Source: Candidatus Omnitrophota bacterium | Lineage (GTDB): Bacteria; Omnitrophota; Gorgyraeia; Zapsychrales; Fredricksoniimonadaceae | Assembly: GCA_903908245.1 (NCBI GenBank) | Contig: CAIVRE010000009.1 | Coordinates: 677-64,676, forward strand | DNA length: 64,000 nt | Direction of reading: 5' to 3' | Shown here: one piece after another, positions 11,901 through 19,418 of the stretch | Numbering within the stretch: the first letter of the stretch is position 1 | How the letters are laid out: the number at the start of each line of letters is the position of its first letter | The notes under the pieces: model-generated | Database searches by the model: none | What the model was told of the DNA's origin: nothing | Seen by the model: the letters and a program-made list of their open reading frames with translations, nothing else | Translations under genes and position numbers: made by a program

Positions 11901-12449
11901 AACATTGCCATATTGCTGCCTGATCTTTATGTAAACCTGTTCCCAGAATTTCTTTCCCAGTTCGTGCTCGGGATTGGTCATCGAAGCGGCGATCTGTTTC
12001 AGGAAGTAATCCTGTGTCAGCATGTCCTTCCCCGCCGTTGTCGCGCCAAAGACCGGATTGACGATACGGTCCGGCTCGGCCGGAGAAAGGTTGACCCAAA
12101 GGTCCTTTGCGGGAAATGTCAGGAACGTAAGAAAATATTTTATAAGCGACCTGGACTGTTCCTCATCCACTTGCGCATGACTCCCGGCATCAACGACAAA
12201 ATTGATCTTGAACGGGTCATTGGGATCAAGTGAGATGGCTTTGAGATTGGGGATAAAAGACGGGGGTGCTATGGATAATTCCACTCCTGGCGGAGGCGCC
12301 ATCACAATGCTTTGCGCGTGTGCCTCCCGAACACCCAGGATATCAAAAGAATAAACAAGCAATAACGCCCAGATCATACATTGGAACCATGGGCGCCCCC
12401 TTAAGGCAAGTGAAGGATTCAGTTTTCTCTCTCGGGTCAATTGACGCAT
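2781..12449 (-). CDS. Giant secreted multidomain protein, paralog A (3222 aa). N-terminal family module, internal signal/lipobox-like segment, two HlyD-type membrane-fusion modules, TolC-like outer-membrane-factor module, 3 predicted TM helices, family C-terminal module
   Basis: Uninterrupted 9.7 kb ORF. N-terminal module aa ~46-355 is homologous to the three other giant ORFs (DPFKINF, DLWVNLSP, GKKFW, LRQMY, PRRYFSGG). Real start may be the internal Met at ~12377 (MIWALLLVYSF...AHAQ signal peptide). Confidence 0.9.
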   Translation of the reverse strand: MRQLTRERKLNPSLALRGRPWFQCMIWALLLVYSFDILGVREAHAQSIVMAPPPGVELSIAPPSFIPNLKAISLDPNDPFKINFVVDAGSHAQVDEEQSRSLIKYFLTFLTFPAKDLWVNLSPAEPDRIVNPVFGATTAGKDMLTQDYFLKQIAASMTNPEHELGKKFWEQVYIKIRQQYGNVDVPLNSVNKVWVIPESAVVYEKDGAAFISGSRLKVLLDEDYLSMKKIVPDNAVPAGDREKINGLCSTITREIIIPEIEREVNDGPQFAQLRQMYHALILAIWFKRQLKSNIVNQIYAGRKKIAGIDTKDRGASQRIYEQYMLALKQGAYDMIREEYDPGQQEAVPRRYFSGGFSFEDAAQKIQFRPVSFFSGKTVLPVSNFFRLKFSLLPKGVSRKLLLVLAASAGLCTSSGCTITGNDPLPGPAHPAIVERVTPIVLEQPGQDAELHQGTKTRSVASGTLINRETGEETIVADLDIQGFIPLTKSTKLLVGYEGGKGIYTIFPAGTFVSYGLPGGNNVEKHDVHPRSDGTIVKKLFVPAAVPAPEASSKAVPIKYPPAVEVSPAIRVADQKYADAGVAKMVEAEMAFVKPYVISAKTPLVLDEAGLTAQVGGIVLGLDQSKGQYKQGDIIFSLIDPERVQQREGLARRLVIEEGTYRVLKGLQAQGGATVAELTPVEERINELRRQLAQADQKGSVEAVKAPCDLSIKEVLVANGMTVNKGVDIVSYYYGQRARLNIEIPVTQTYFGRIRNFRIDGQPVKNIVSVDWQLNPKKTGAIVSFLVTTSSMIPPNSTVQVEAEIFPPLKTQANFDAVRGQAQTLAMVRKLEERVMVAPARGPVKFFVKEGDRVEAGQVVAEVVEGSYFEEYRGAVKAFNSIQAQLAQAGPDGSGVRHTLRGQEAELEARRASLRAQILTLQGQISRLRVVATESGVVTGILSEHSSSFSKGDELLRVRTGRVTVGDINDMNTAILLPKDVKLGIGDPVLVQAPSGERLAGRVSAVNEAPVGREIDLGPVKAVAVIVDGDRNGVLWVNLPVQIIVPTEAESPVILAALGKSEQDRINTARQQDGVLAQMDPRLVFRSSEAGVKPLPVQMGEALLRLPVQPAANLNITEVVARVSGNNFLNGELTIDVLKSKASERLSGSSRLALQAGVFVNNNGKLAFSGGLNGVFDDVMAGVSTGNAIAAASPIVFSVAGEIMDVVSGKKLKEKALALKMTQIAQHHMEDAVAGQVNDATALFVEIGRAQQHIVQLQALVADLEEAQKGLKAREAGGFATTSDLNVLAQQTGEFRAQLLSWQNKKKQSTIELNQMLGRPAERLQEDISPKLLWDGEFLAIAADQQESLRHQLTGEGSPNYRLRGAQVARAAVEETIKLQGSEYLPTADLTGLFISGSQGQAVNPLYDLSPGSKMRTSSLTTGGNGALHFELPIFDSGRDARKEIVLLERAKVQLHLDTVKAELGEAFTKAVSEIRDLSRQIEQGEAEHKAALNAWQEKAGRPDLYRKDQLVDEHQRMAKAFERLIDLKAEYFKAEARLGRIQVMKQDQSLVRPSRTRAAAFAPQLVSAVAGGSVFAGDIGEGQLTLDLSGFGPGQQGLNSKRQDPGVLSAGAVIYPVPGVSDGKSGSNLWALMSNPEAGDPRQAQIDIAVGILTQDSNIRARAEAMKLLTEELSNDRRSLSGIEQAVLNSPYSEVVVNLLQFAVNRDGHDVRFLTQVIEKAIDQRKPGVAGVGFEMLSDILIQDPGAVGQLAGQGQSGAGRRALLAFLSWAPEDSVARSRLLQSDYWTSDQLAQTYNTLKGQAGSVPQGLAVLIYDEILRREALGNMEDVFYPGPFANLSSVVFDKDLRALVMLREWSSADRRFLMTSPRWREMKDFIAPALYERAKIAAGTLVSLNGRAATGLDPFLSGITAAGGQGTSSLAYFNGLNLEDQKRQIARTNNIPELARILRSQTSLRGMALDRLMTTALGRMMALQVYAGSNDKGLLDLVDSRHWVDILRADVQAVDNPASNDVYRHAMEKMADRVGEKGLLNVRLGTYTLPELHAASDPRGEAPRMQQIKVEATRLALDLIAERANHQMRWLSGQAAYTPREQALIRELKQRIGSANDPQEVNEYLDQLSARGDKTTNNMVRDIVGLRDKFSGVISGNDQGFPRLTVASQLVLALVGGLLFWVGAKKIRKDILRKMAKTGDMIRELRQEFAAESGNGNGKVNIQGLSSDVVIIPNRGLDEAVIKPLQSWRTLVSQWRHVQPGPQAVLSDLNAILNSAFDILRKTPYTPELMLRQGSDPILNERYQVVLSHFNLLAIDTINAMNDLLQRDDASLDDYQKQKLLGDAETLARMMEYVTTYLRILEYRGIIDKVMNYKFADDHWAERFKIYPFMRWALLYSYQLTRSERQIKKEVPDLLRQGNTLMPSFYGDPGDIEQQSKSVLSAVIKNASNLTSLGSLTARNNHKMRSFISRLRLFSVPFGFTIFGVMVLFGVTGTMGLSLAGIAAVAISMGIFWVPHANIMQMSWSKTMKSVTDKLVSDLRGRLGASVAAGVLNSSDENSVQLAVKDGMKKLRWEIAPENERSIDMLVILPENPDADDVDSLKQYVDSRRGSIFREDVPVEVLPAQLKGSGNAYLEAVQFVQSRLQDSDFTDRYPYLKGIPWSDLKVMFVFAGSRELRSDSVLDWSVINGYRTSACMNGPCSESSSQPVRPGHGAERGGHILIYSRDAYFGPMQGFEGTDIGLLGNWVDGQALKGLGLLNIDVTRTRPPVREILEKLDIGRLQENQEKSVHPSKILQYLREKYDLKNNTLKQFPALTGVMILGPRVVATVTDLLDQLGKKTGLAGQLKYLNFTNDILNVFVKPESEISKDYPEIRTEWADIQNNYEEGERADAFDLFRSFYLMLSQAKRRNVPDSLTVNAALPYPGDALLIHINGTQDVEAVNRLLGLGAGGSPTSLPWLSGVPLPEKRPILEVVGPNAEPIVVAESVPQGGEVKVSEQEEELPAGQGSKDDPVVSGLTQEYSEYATEIGVLTKMAEGLRGEKGASIPEMHRKQIRKVNSQVFVRTEEFAKKVSGRASESDPVLAGLAQQYLQYATEVEAIQKKIEVLRAAKEFIDPAVYMKQLRSLYGQISARKNFRMTPLRKQILSRLAMINNPSQDNAAQNENGGVDLSDTARKIRFEPDHGVSGDLDHLSPMRASQALQLFRGFDIQIISLQPFMDPVEFSAFFVTP
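11384..12311 (-). other. Conserved N-terminal family module of giant protein A
   Basis: Aligns by eye with the N-termini of ORFs 15127-17514, 19215-22448 and 50492-55183. Confidence 0.8.
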
Positions 12450-12586
12450 ACTTTTCTCAATAAAAAGCCGGACAAAACTTCAGAGGACTATTCTGTGAGA
12501 AAGTATATCCATCGAATATTAAGGGTAGGTTAAGAAAATATGATGCTTTTATAATTTAATAAGCAGTTCTGGAGATAAGAAAAGAT

Positions 12587-13873
12587 TTACGCGCGGGAAT
12601 GGCGGGAACGCGGGCGAAAAATAAGCCGTAAACCACTGTCGTAGCGAAGATAACTCCAGGTCCAGTTGATCATAGCCACCAGCTTATTACGAAAACCGAC
12701 CAGAGTCATTAAATGGAGCGCGGCCCACATGATCCAGGCAAGAAACCCCCGAAATTTTCCAAAAAACAGCTCGGCCACCGCGTGATGCCGGCCGACAGTC
12801 GCCAAAACACCGAGATCGTTATAAGAGAAAGCTTTCAGTTCTTCAGATTTCCGAAGTATGGACCGAAGATTTCGAGCAAGAAGCCTGGCCTGTTGAATAG
12901 CGACCGGAGCAAGCATCGGATGCCCCTTAGGTGTCTTTTCAGAAACCATGCATGCGACATCCCCCAAAGCAAAGATATCGTTAAAACCAGGCACCCTGTT
13001 ATAAGCGTCAACCCTTACCCGTCCACCGATGACACACTCCTTATTCAACCCGGGAATGATCACCCCCGTAACACCCGCCGCCCAAATAACATTTCTTGTC
13101 GGAATGACCTTGCCGTTTGAAAGTTCAACTTTCATTCCGTCAAAGGAAATGACCCTGGCATTAAGCCATACATTAACCCCATGCTCCGAAAGAAAAGCCT
13201 GCGCGCTGTGCGACGATCCCGGCGACATTCCTTTAAGCAAACGATCTTCCATATCAACCAGATGGACCTGCATCTTCTTAAGGTCAAGCTCCGGATGATC
13301 ATGCGGGAGCACGACCTGTTTGAGTTCACACAAAGCGCCGGACAGCTCCACACCGGTCGGGCCTCCTCCGATGATAACAAAGGTCATCAACCGGTCACGC
13401 TCTTCCAGCGAGGTCGTAAGGACCGCCCGCTCAAAATCTTCAAGGATCGAATTCTTCAGTTCCATTGCATCTGCGAGTGTCTTCATCGGAAGCGCGAACT
13501 GCTCAACATCCTTCATCCCGAAGAAATTCGTACCAGCCCCTGTTGCCAGGACAAGCTGATCATACGCAATATCACCGATAGATGTCGCGACACAATGCAA
13601 TTCCGGCTTAAGCTCCAGCACCTCAGCCATCCGAAAAATAAAATTTTCCTGCCCCCGGAATATCTCCCGTACAGGATAAGCGATCGAATCCGGCTCAAGC
13701 CCCGCCGTTGCCACCTGGTATAACAACGGCTGGAACGTATGATGATTGTTCTTGTCGATCAGGACCACCTGAACATCCGCACTCGCCAAAGCCTTGGCCA
13801 ATTCAATGCCGGCAAAGCCAGCGCCTATGATCACGATCCGGGGTTTTGAGGTAACAGGGATATTAACAGCCAT
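12587..13873 (-). CDS. ndh: Type II NADH dehydrogenase (NDH-2) / FAD-dependent pyridine nucleotide-disulfide oxidoreductase
   Basis: 428 aa; N-terminal VIIGAGFAGIELAK Rossmann FAD motif, second GGGPTGVE NAD(P) motif, C-terminal membrane-anchor-like helix. Confidence 0.85.
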   Translation of the reverse strand: MAVNIPVTSKPRIVIIGAGFAGIELAKALASADVQVVLIDKNNHHTFQPLLYQVATAGLEPDSIAYPVREIFRGQENFIFRMAEVLELKPELHCVATSIGDIAYDQLVLATGAGTNFFGMKDVEQFALPMKTLADAMELKNSILEDFERAVLTTSLEERDRLMTFVIIGGGPTGVELSGALCELKQVVLPHDHPELDLKKMQVHLVDMEDRLLKGMSPGSSHSAQAFLSEHGVNVWLNARVISFDGMKVELSNGKVIPTRNVIWAAGVTGVIIPGLNKECVIGGRVRVDAYNRVPGFNDIFALGDVACMVSEKTPKGHPMLAPVAIQQARLLARNLRSILRKSEELKAFSYNDLGVLATVGRHHAVAELFFGKFRGFLAWIMWAALHLMTLVGFRNKLVAMINWTWSYLRYDSGLRLIFRPRSRHSRA

Positions 13874-13953
13874 ATGTAATCTTTATCATATCATTAACTC
13901 GTGTATAATAAAAGGAAGGGTATCGTGCCCTCCCCTACAGTTATGAACAGTAT
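13874..13953. promoter_or_regulatory. Divergent promoter region between ndh (-) and lpxB (+)
   Basis: 80 nt AT-containing spacer between divergently oriented start codons. Confidence 0.35.
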
Positions 13954-15117
13954 ATGCACGAGAATGGAAAATTTACCATGAGCGATACAAGACAGAAAAT
14001 CCTCATCGTCGCGGGCGAAGAGTCCGGCGACATGCGCGCGGCGCCGTTAGTTCGCGCCATTAAGCATTATGCCCCCGGCACACAATTCATCGGCATTGCG
14101 GGAGACCGCTGCCGCCAGGAAGGTGTTGACACCTTTACCGACATCCGCGACCTGGCTGTGATCGGTTTCGTCGAAGTCATCAAGAATTTCTCAAGACTGA
14201 AGAAAGTCTTTGACCTCACTGTTCAAAAAGCCCGGGAAGAAAAACCCGACCTCGCTATCCTGGTGGACTACCCCGGCTTCAACCTCCGCCTGGCCGCTGA
14301 ACTCAAGAAACTCAATATCAAGGTCGTTTATTATGTAAGCCCCCAGGTCTGGGCGTGGAAAGCGTCGCGCGTCAAGATCATCAAGAAAGTCGTAGACCGG
14401 ATGATGGTGCTTTTTCCTTTTGAAAAAGACTTTTACGCCAAACATCAATATACTGCCGACTTCGTTGGGCATCCTCTGCTCGACGAAGTTCACGCCAGCA
14501 AGGATGCCGCCTCGTTCAAGGCATCCCTTGGACTGGACCCGAAATATACCGTCATCGGACTATTGCCCGGTTCAAGAAAAAATGAGATCGCTCATCTTCT
14601 GCCCATCATGTACGCAGCGGCCAATATCCTCAAAAAAGAAAACCCCCGCTTGCAGTTTGTCCTTTTACAAGCCAAAACGATCAGTGACGAACTGCTGGCT
14701 AAATACGCCCAAAAGGCCCCCGTTAGCCTCAAGATCACCAAAGAATATTATAACGGGCTAAATATTACCGACTTTTGTATCGTAGCCTCCGGAACAGCCA
14801 CGCTTGAAACCGGCATCATGGGCAAACCCATGGCCGTTGTTTACAAAACGGCATGGCTCACCTCTGTGATCGTACGGATCGTGATCCGGATCAAGGATGT
14901 ATCGCTGGTCAATATTGTGGCGGGAAAAAAGATCGTGGAGGAGTTGATCCAGGAGAACGCGACGCCGGCCAGGATCGTTAAAGCCATGCGCGGCCTCATC
15001 AATGACCAGGCTAAAACTCAAACCATGCGCAAAGAACTCTCCGCATTAAGGGCGAAACTGGGGAATCCCGGCGCAAGCCAGCGCGCGGCGAAAGTCGTGG
15101 TGGAAGAGCTGTCTTGA
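13954..15117 (+). CDS. lpxB: Lipid-A-disaccharide synthase
   Basis: 387 aa; ILIVAGEESGDMRAAPL N-terminal motif and overall GT19 pattern. Confidence 0.9.
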   Translation: MHENGKFTMSDTRQKILIVAGEESGDMRAAPLVRAIKHYAPGTQFIGIAGDRCRQEGVDTFTDIRDLAVIGFVEVIKNFSRLKKVFDLTVQKAREEKPDLAILVDYPGFNLRLAAELKKLNIKVVYYVSPQVWAWKASRVKIIKKVVDRMMVLFPFEKDFYAKHQYTADFVGHPLLDEVHASKDAASFKASLGLDPKYTVIGLLPGSRKNEIAHLLPIMYAAANILKKENPRLQFVLLQAKTISDELLAKYAQKAPVSLKITKEYYNGLNITDFCIVASGTATLETGIMGKPMAVVYKTAWLTSVIVRIVIRIKDVSLVNIVAGKKIVEELIQENATPARIVKAMRGLINDQAKTQTMRKELSALRAKLGNPGASQRAAKVVVEELS

Positions 15118-15126
15118 TACGGGGAT

Positions 15127-15318
15127 TTACTTCTGCTCGTTCAACCCTAAAAACAACCTCAGATCACTCATCGGCTCAATATTGATGATAACCGGCGAAA
15201 AACCCAGAGTGTCCTGAAGTTCCTGTAACTTCACCTGATCAATATTGAACTGCAGCCCATCACCCGAACCTCGTGTTTCCACGCTCAAACGTTCCGCCGT
15301 CAGGTCAATACCACCTTT
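15127..15318 (-). other. Conserved C-terminal family module of paralog B
   Basis: KGGIDLTAERLSVETRGSGDGLQFNIDQVKLQELQDTLGFSPVIINIEPMSDLRLFLG. Confidence 0.7.
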
Positions 15319-17514
15319 GGTGGCGTCCACCTTCCCCTCAGGAACCTTGGGGATCGAAGACTTCTCCAGATACGCGTTCAACGTATTGATCAACCGTTTT
15401 GTCAACGGAGCCAGGGCTGCAGGGCGAACTCCCTCTCTCACAGGCAAAAGCAACTGCCGTCCAACCTTAAAAAAATACTCTTCTATTACTGTCAGGTCTT
15501 CCGATCGGATATATCGCTCAACATCCTGAAGTATCTTTATTCCTTTACCGTCCTTAAAATACGGATGTTCCAACAAGGCATCAAAAAAACAGAAATCATC
15601 TTCGGAAATTGCCCCTTCAGGCAAATCCCTCGCGCCATACTGGGCCAAAAGGATGGCTAAAAACAAAAGCTCATGCCTGGCTGAATCCGGCTCCCCGTTG
15701 ACCGATAAACGCTTGTTGCCAATATCGACCATAATGACTTCCTCTGAAGGCCCCCTGACAATGAAATTCCGGCCATGCATATCCTTCGGCAGGATCCCAT
15801 GCAGGGCTGCTGCAATGGTCAGCAAGGTGCTCGTAACCTTCTTCTTAAGGGTAATGGTCAATTTCTTTTCCTGGGCATATTCTTCGATCGTTCGCCCTTC
15901 GATAAACTCTTCCACATAAACAACCCTGCCGCCTTCAGAAACAAATAACCCGCCCCATTGCGGAACGCCCCGGCCGTTCAATTGCCTCAAATTATTCGTT
16001 TCATGAGACCCTATGTCCTTTTGATTTTTCGCCCTTTTAACGGCCAGAAGAATATAAAAAGACCCGCCTTCTTTTAACGTGAATTGCATTTTGTAAACAT
16101 ATTTAAAAGCCCCTTCACCTGCGAATGAGACCGACACTTTTTCATCCAGATCATCCAGGTGTAAATTCGGGTGCTTGCTGATATTCTTTAGAAATTGCAA
16201 TAAAAGGCTCGGCTTCACCTTCTCGAACATTTCCATGGAAACGCTCAGCATATCGCCATAGATCTCTGTCCTCTTTTGATCTGTCTCCGCTATCAGAGGC
16301 CTCTGCACATCAACCCGAAAATGCGGTGCCTCTGCCCCTGGGTTGACAAGATCGTTTGTCGCCTCTGCCCGGTCAAAGCGTGACTGAACGACAGATAACG
16401 CACCCCGTGAATTCCTGTCATCGATCATGCTGCCGTCCGCAATAACTGTCATTGACAGATCGGTAAGCTGGGAATAATTCACCCCTCCCGAGAAATACTT
16501 CCGCGGGATAAGCTCACCGGAGACCGTATCTTGCTCCTCCTTGATAAGATCATAGGCGCCCTTCTTGAACGCCTCGACATACTGCGCCCAGATCTTCTCC
16601 GACTCCAAAGGATCATTAATATTGACACCCTCGACCTTGTTACGGTCAACATACACCAGGGACAAGACGCTCTGTTTGATCTTTTTCTTGAACCATGCCG
16701 CCAGGATCAACGACTGATAAACCTGACGTAACTTGGCAAAATTCTTCCCCTCATTGACCTCTTTCTCAAGCTCAGGGAGAACGATCGCACGGATCACATT
16801 CTTGGCCAGTTCCTGGGATTCCTTAACGGCTCCGGAAGCTTCACTACCTGCCCCAGTTGTGACCGAATTATTCAAGGCCACATAATCGCTTTCAAGCATG
16901 ACCTTGAGGCGGCTCTCAACCACATACGCCGTCCCGGCCTTGGCATTCTCATAGACCACGGCCTTCCCGGGAATAATCCAGACCTTATTAAACGTATCCA
17001 CCGGGATATCGGTGGTGCCATATTTCTCCTGCGCCTTTTTGTAAACCGCGGCCCAAAACTTTTTGCCTGTTTCGCCCTCGGGATAAATGACGGACGCTGT
17101 GATCTGTTTGAGAAGATAGTCCTGCGCCAAAAGATCCCGGCCCATTTCTGTCCGGCCGAACGCATCCGGCACAATACGGTCTTTTTCATAAGGGCTAAGA
17201 TTCACCCAAAGATCTTTCTCGGGAATAGTCAAAGACGCCATGAAATACCGGATCAGCCGCGCAGACTCCTCTTTGAGCTGATCGGACGAGTCCGGGAAGT
17301 TCCCTTTATCGAGAATAAAATCAAACCGTAATGGATCGGCAGGATAAACCTTGATGCCTTTGAATACCGGCGGCGCAAAAGGCGCGCTTAAAGACACCAT
17401 GGAACCAGGTGCAGGAAGAACAACGCTCTGGGCGTAAGAGGCAGGCACACTCGCGGCCACGAAGGCTATCAGCGTAAACGCTAAAATGAGTCTTTTTAAA
17501 AACCCCTTTATCAT
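15127..17514 (-). CDS. Giant-family secreted protein, paralog B (795 aa): N-terminal family module, protein-kinase-fold domain, C-terminal family module
   Basis: Signal peptide (..AASVPASYAQS); N module aa 31-345; kinase-like region aa ~455-660 (FAGEGAFKYVY, AVKRAK, DMHGRN, VDIG); C module aa 732-795. Confidence 0.9.
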   Translation of the reverse strand: MIKGFLKRLILAFTLIAFVAASVPASYAQSVVLPAPGSMVSLSAPFAPPVFKGIKVYPADPLRFDFILDKGNFPDSSDQLKEESARLIRYFMASLTIPEKDLWVNLSPYEKDRIVPDAFGRTEMGRDLLAQDYLLKQITASVIYPEGETGKKFWAAVYKKAQEKYGTTDIPVDTFNKVWIIPGKAVVYENAKAGTAYVVESRLKVMLESDYVALNNSVTTGAGSEASGAVKESQELAKNVIRAIVLPELEKEVNEGKNFAKLRQVYQSLILAAWFKKKIKQSVLSLVYVDRNKVEGVNINDPLESEKIWAQYVEAFKKGAYDLIKEEQDTVSGELIPRKYFSGGVNYSQLTDLSMTVIADGSMIDDRNSRGALSVVQSRFDRAEATNDLVNPGAEAPHFRVDVQRPLIAETDQKRTEIYGDMLSVSMEMFEKVKPSLLLQFLKNISKHPNLHLDDLDEKVSVSFAGEGAFKYVYKMQFTLKEGGSFYILLAVKRAKNQKDIGSHETNNLRQLNGRGVPQWGGLFVSEGGRVVYVEEFIEGRTIEEYAQEKKLTITLKKKVTSTLLTIAAALHGILPKDMHGRNFIVRGPSEEVIMVDIGNKRLSVNGEPDSARHELLFLAILLAQYGARDLPEGAISEDDFCFFDALLEHPYFKDGKGIKILQDVERYIRSEDLTVIEEYFFKVGRQLLLPVREGVRPAALAPLTKRLINTLNAYLEKSSIPKVPEGKVDATKGGIDLTAERLSVETRGSGDGLQFNIDQVKLQELQDTLGFSPVIINIEPMSDLRLFLGLNEQK
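16479..17421 (-). other. Conserved N-terminal family module of paralog B
   Basis: About 70 percent identical by eye to the paralog C module; motifs YPADPLRFDF, DLWVNLSPYEKDRIVP, EMGRDLLAQDYLLKQ, GKKFW, TTDIPVDTFNKVWIIP, RLKVMLESDY, LRQVYQSLILAAWFKKK, PRKYFSGG. Confidence 0.85.
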
Positions 17515-17636
17515 TCCTTGCCCCTTTGTTCACGGCCACCAAGTCGTCAGAGCAAGTATAATATATAAATATTTGATATTAGGATGGTTAGCGGTGCAGC
17601 CGAGAAAACGCTTTCTCGAATTTCTATAAGTCTTTA

Positions 17637-19064
17637 TTAATGCAGGTCTTTATTAATTATTTTTAAATTAAATAAATCGGTGTTCTTCGTCTCTTTGGAA
17701 TATAAAAGGGCAATAAAGGTCAATACCGCAAGCACCGAGAGATAAAGCCCGACAGAACCAACCCCATGATTCCTGGCAAGCCAGACAGCGGCGAAAGGAG
17801 TCAAAGCAGCCCCAAGAATAGACGAAACATTATAAGAAATGCCGGAACCGGTGTAGCGCACATTGGTCGGGAACAGCTCTGGAAGAATAGCCGACATGGG
17901 GCCGAAACTCAGGCCCATCAATGCCATACCAATACATAAAAACAACAGCATGAGCCCCATGTTCGCCCCCTCTCCCGTTCCCATGACCGCGGGAGAAAGA
18001 AAAGAATTGAATGAAAGCCCGAACACAATAATGGCAAAGGTCACCACCAAAAGGACACTGCGGCGGCCGAACCTGTCTGCCAGCCAACCGGCGATCGGGA
18101 TCATCCCTGCAAAAAAGAGAACGGAAAGAAGCTGCAACACCAGGAAACTCCGGTAGCCGATCCCCAGGAAACCTAATTCTGTTTTACCAATAGCGTAAGA
18201 GAGTATCCAGGTAGTCATCAAATAAAAAACCCCATATGTGGCCAGCATAATAAAGGTGCCAAGAACGAGTTCCTTGAAATGGTTCCGGAACACAACAGAC
18301 AAGGGGTTCTTGAGTTTCTCCCCTCGCGCCATGGCCCGGGCAAAGACCGGTGTCTCTTCAAGCTTGAACCGCACGTACAGCCCGATCGCCACCATAAAAA
18401 ATGATGCCAGAAACGGGATCCGCCATCCCCAGACGAGAAAATCACTCTGCATCTGCGCCTGGGCAGAATTGTAATTGAAGAAAATAGTTAGCAACAAAAA
18501 CGATCCGTTGGCGAGGATAAACCCGAACGGCGCGCCCAACTGCGGCCACATTGCAGCCCAGGCCCTTTTCCCGTCTTTGGCGGTCTCTGTGGCCAAAAGG
18601 GCCGCCCCCGACCATTCACCACCGAGACCAAGCCCCTGACAAAAACGCAAGATCGTGAGCAAAACAGGAGCCAGTAACCCGATCTGGAAAGCCGTCGGCA
18701 AAAGGCCGATCAGGAAGGTCGCAATGCCCATGGTGAACAACGACCCTACAAGAGTTGCCTTGCGCCCTATCCGGTCCCCGAAATGCCCGAAGAGAATGGA
18801 ACCGACCGGACGCGCCACAAAGGCAACGCCGAAAGTGGCCATGGATGCCAAAAGAGCCGCGCCTGGGTCACTCTTGGAAAAGAAAAGAATAGGAAAGACC
18901 GAAACAGCGGCCGTGGCATAGATGTAGAAATCATAGAACTCGATAGTCGTGCCGACCATGCTGGCAATAATGATGCGTTTGTGCGGTACTCCTACCCCGC
19001 TATCAGATACATCGACCACCGAAATATTATATGACAAAAACTCCTCCTGAAAGATCTTCTTCAA
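17637..19064 (-). CDS. MFS transporter (metabolite:H+ symporter-like)
   Basis: 475 aa, about 12 predicted TM helices, GHFGDRIGRK motif in loop 2-3 and second GWLADRFGRR motif. Confidence 0.8.
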   Translation of the reverse strand: MKKIFQEEFLSYNISVVDVSDSGVGVPHKRIIIASMVGTTIEFYDFYIYATAAVSVFPILFFSKSDPGAALLASMATFGVAFVARPVGSILFGHFGDRIGRKATLVGSLFTMGIATFLIGLLPTAFQIGLLAPVLLTILRFCQGLGLGGEWSGAALLATETAKDGKRAWAAMWPQLGAPFGFILANGSFLLLTIFFNYNSAQAQMQSDFLVWGWRIPFLASFFMVAIGLYVRFKLEETPVFARAMARGEKLKNPLSVVFRNHFKELVLGTFIMLATYGVFYLMTTWILSYAIGKTELGFLGIGYRSFLVLQLLSVLFFAGMIPIAGWLADRFGRRSVLLVVTFAIIVFGLSFNSFLSPAVMGTGEGANMGLMLLFLCIGMALMGLSFGPMSAILPELFPTNVRYTGSGISYNVSSILGAALTPFAAVWLARNHGVGSVGLYLSVLAVLTFIALLYSKETKNTDLFNLKIINKDLH

Positions 19065-19214
19065 AATGCATCAGGTTATATTATTTTTTGCTAATTTCGA
19101 AAGATCCGGGAGCAAGCCGCAATAATTCCTTACTCTTCCGTGCGTATGAAAACGCAAAAACGATCTTATCTGAGGGAATATTATACGCTTTTTGAGGAAA
19201 TATAGAAGGGCCCT

Positions 19215-19418
19215 TTACAGACCGCCTGCGGCGTTCGGCTGAATTCCCAGGAACTGTTGTAAACTTTCCGCCGGAAGTATCGACATGATCACCGGGGAAA
19301 ATCCTTCCGCGTCCTGCAGTCGCTGAAGCATGACCGGATCGATATTAAATGTAATCTCCCCGCCCTGATTGCGCACCACCAACCCCAGCTTGTCCGCGTT
19401 AAGATCGATACCACCTTT
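19215..19418 (-). other. Conserved C-terminal family module of paralog C
   Basis: KGGIDLNADKLGLVVRNQGGEITFNIDPVMLQRLQDAEGFSPVIMSILPAESLQQFLG. Confidence 0.7.

Noticed and set aside
11559-12233. 224-aa plus-strand ORF
   Set aside because: Lies entirely antisense inside the conserved N-module of giant protein A; no start context; typical shadow ORF of a GC-biased gene
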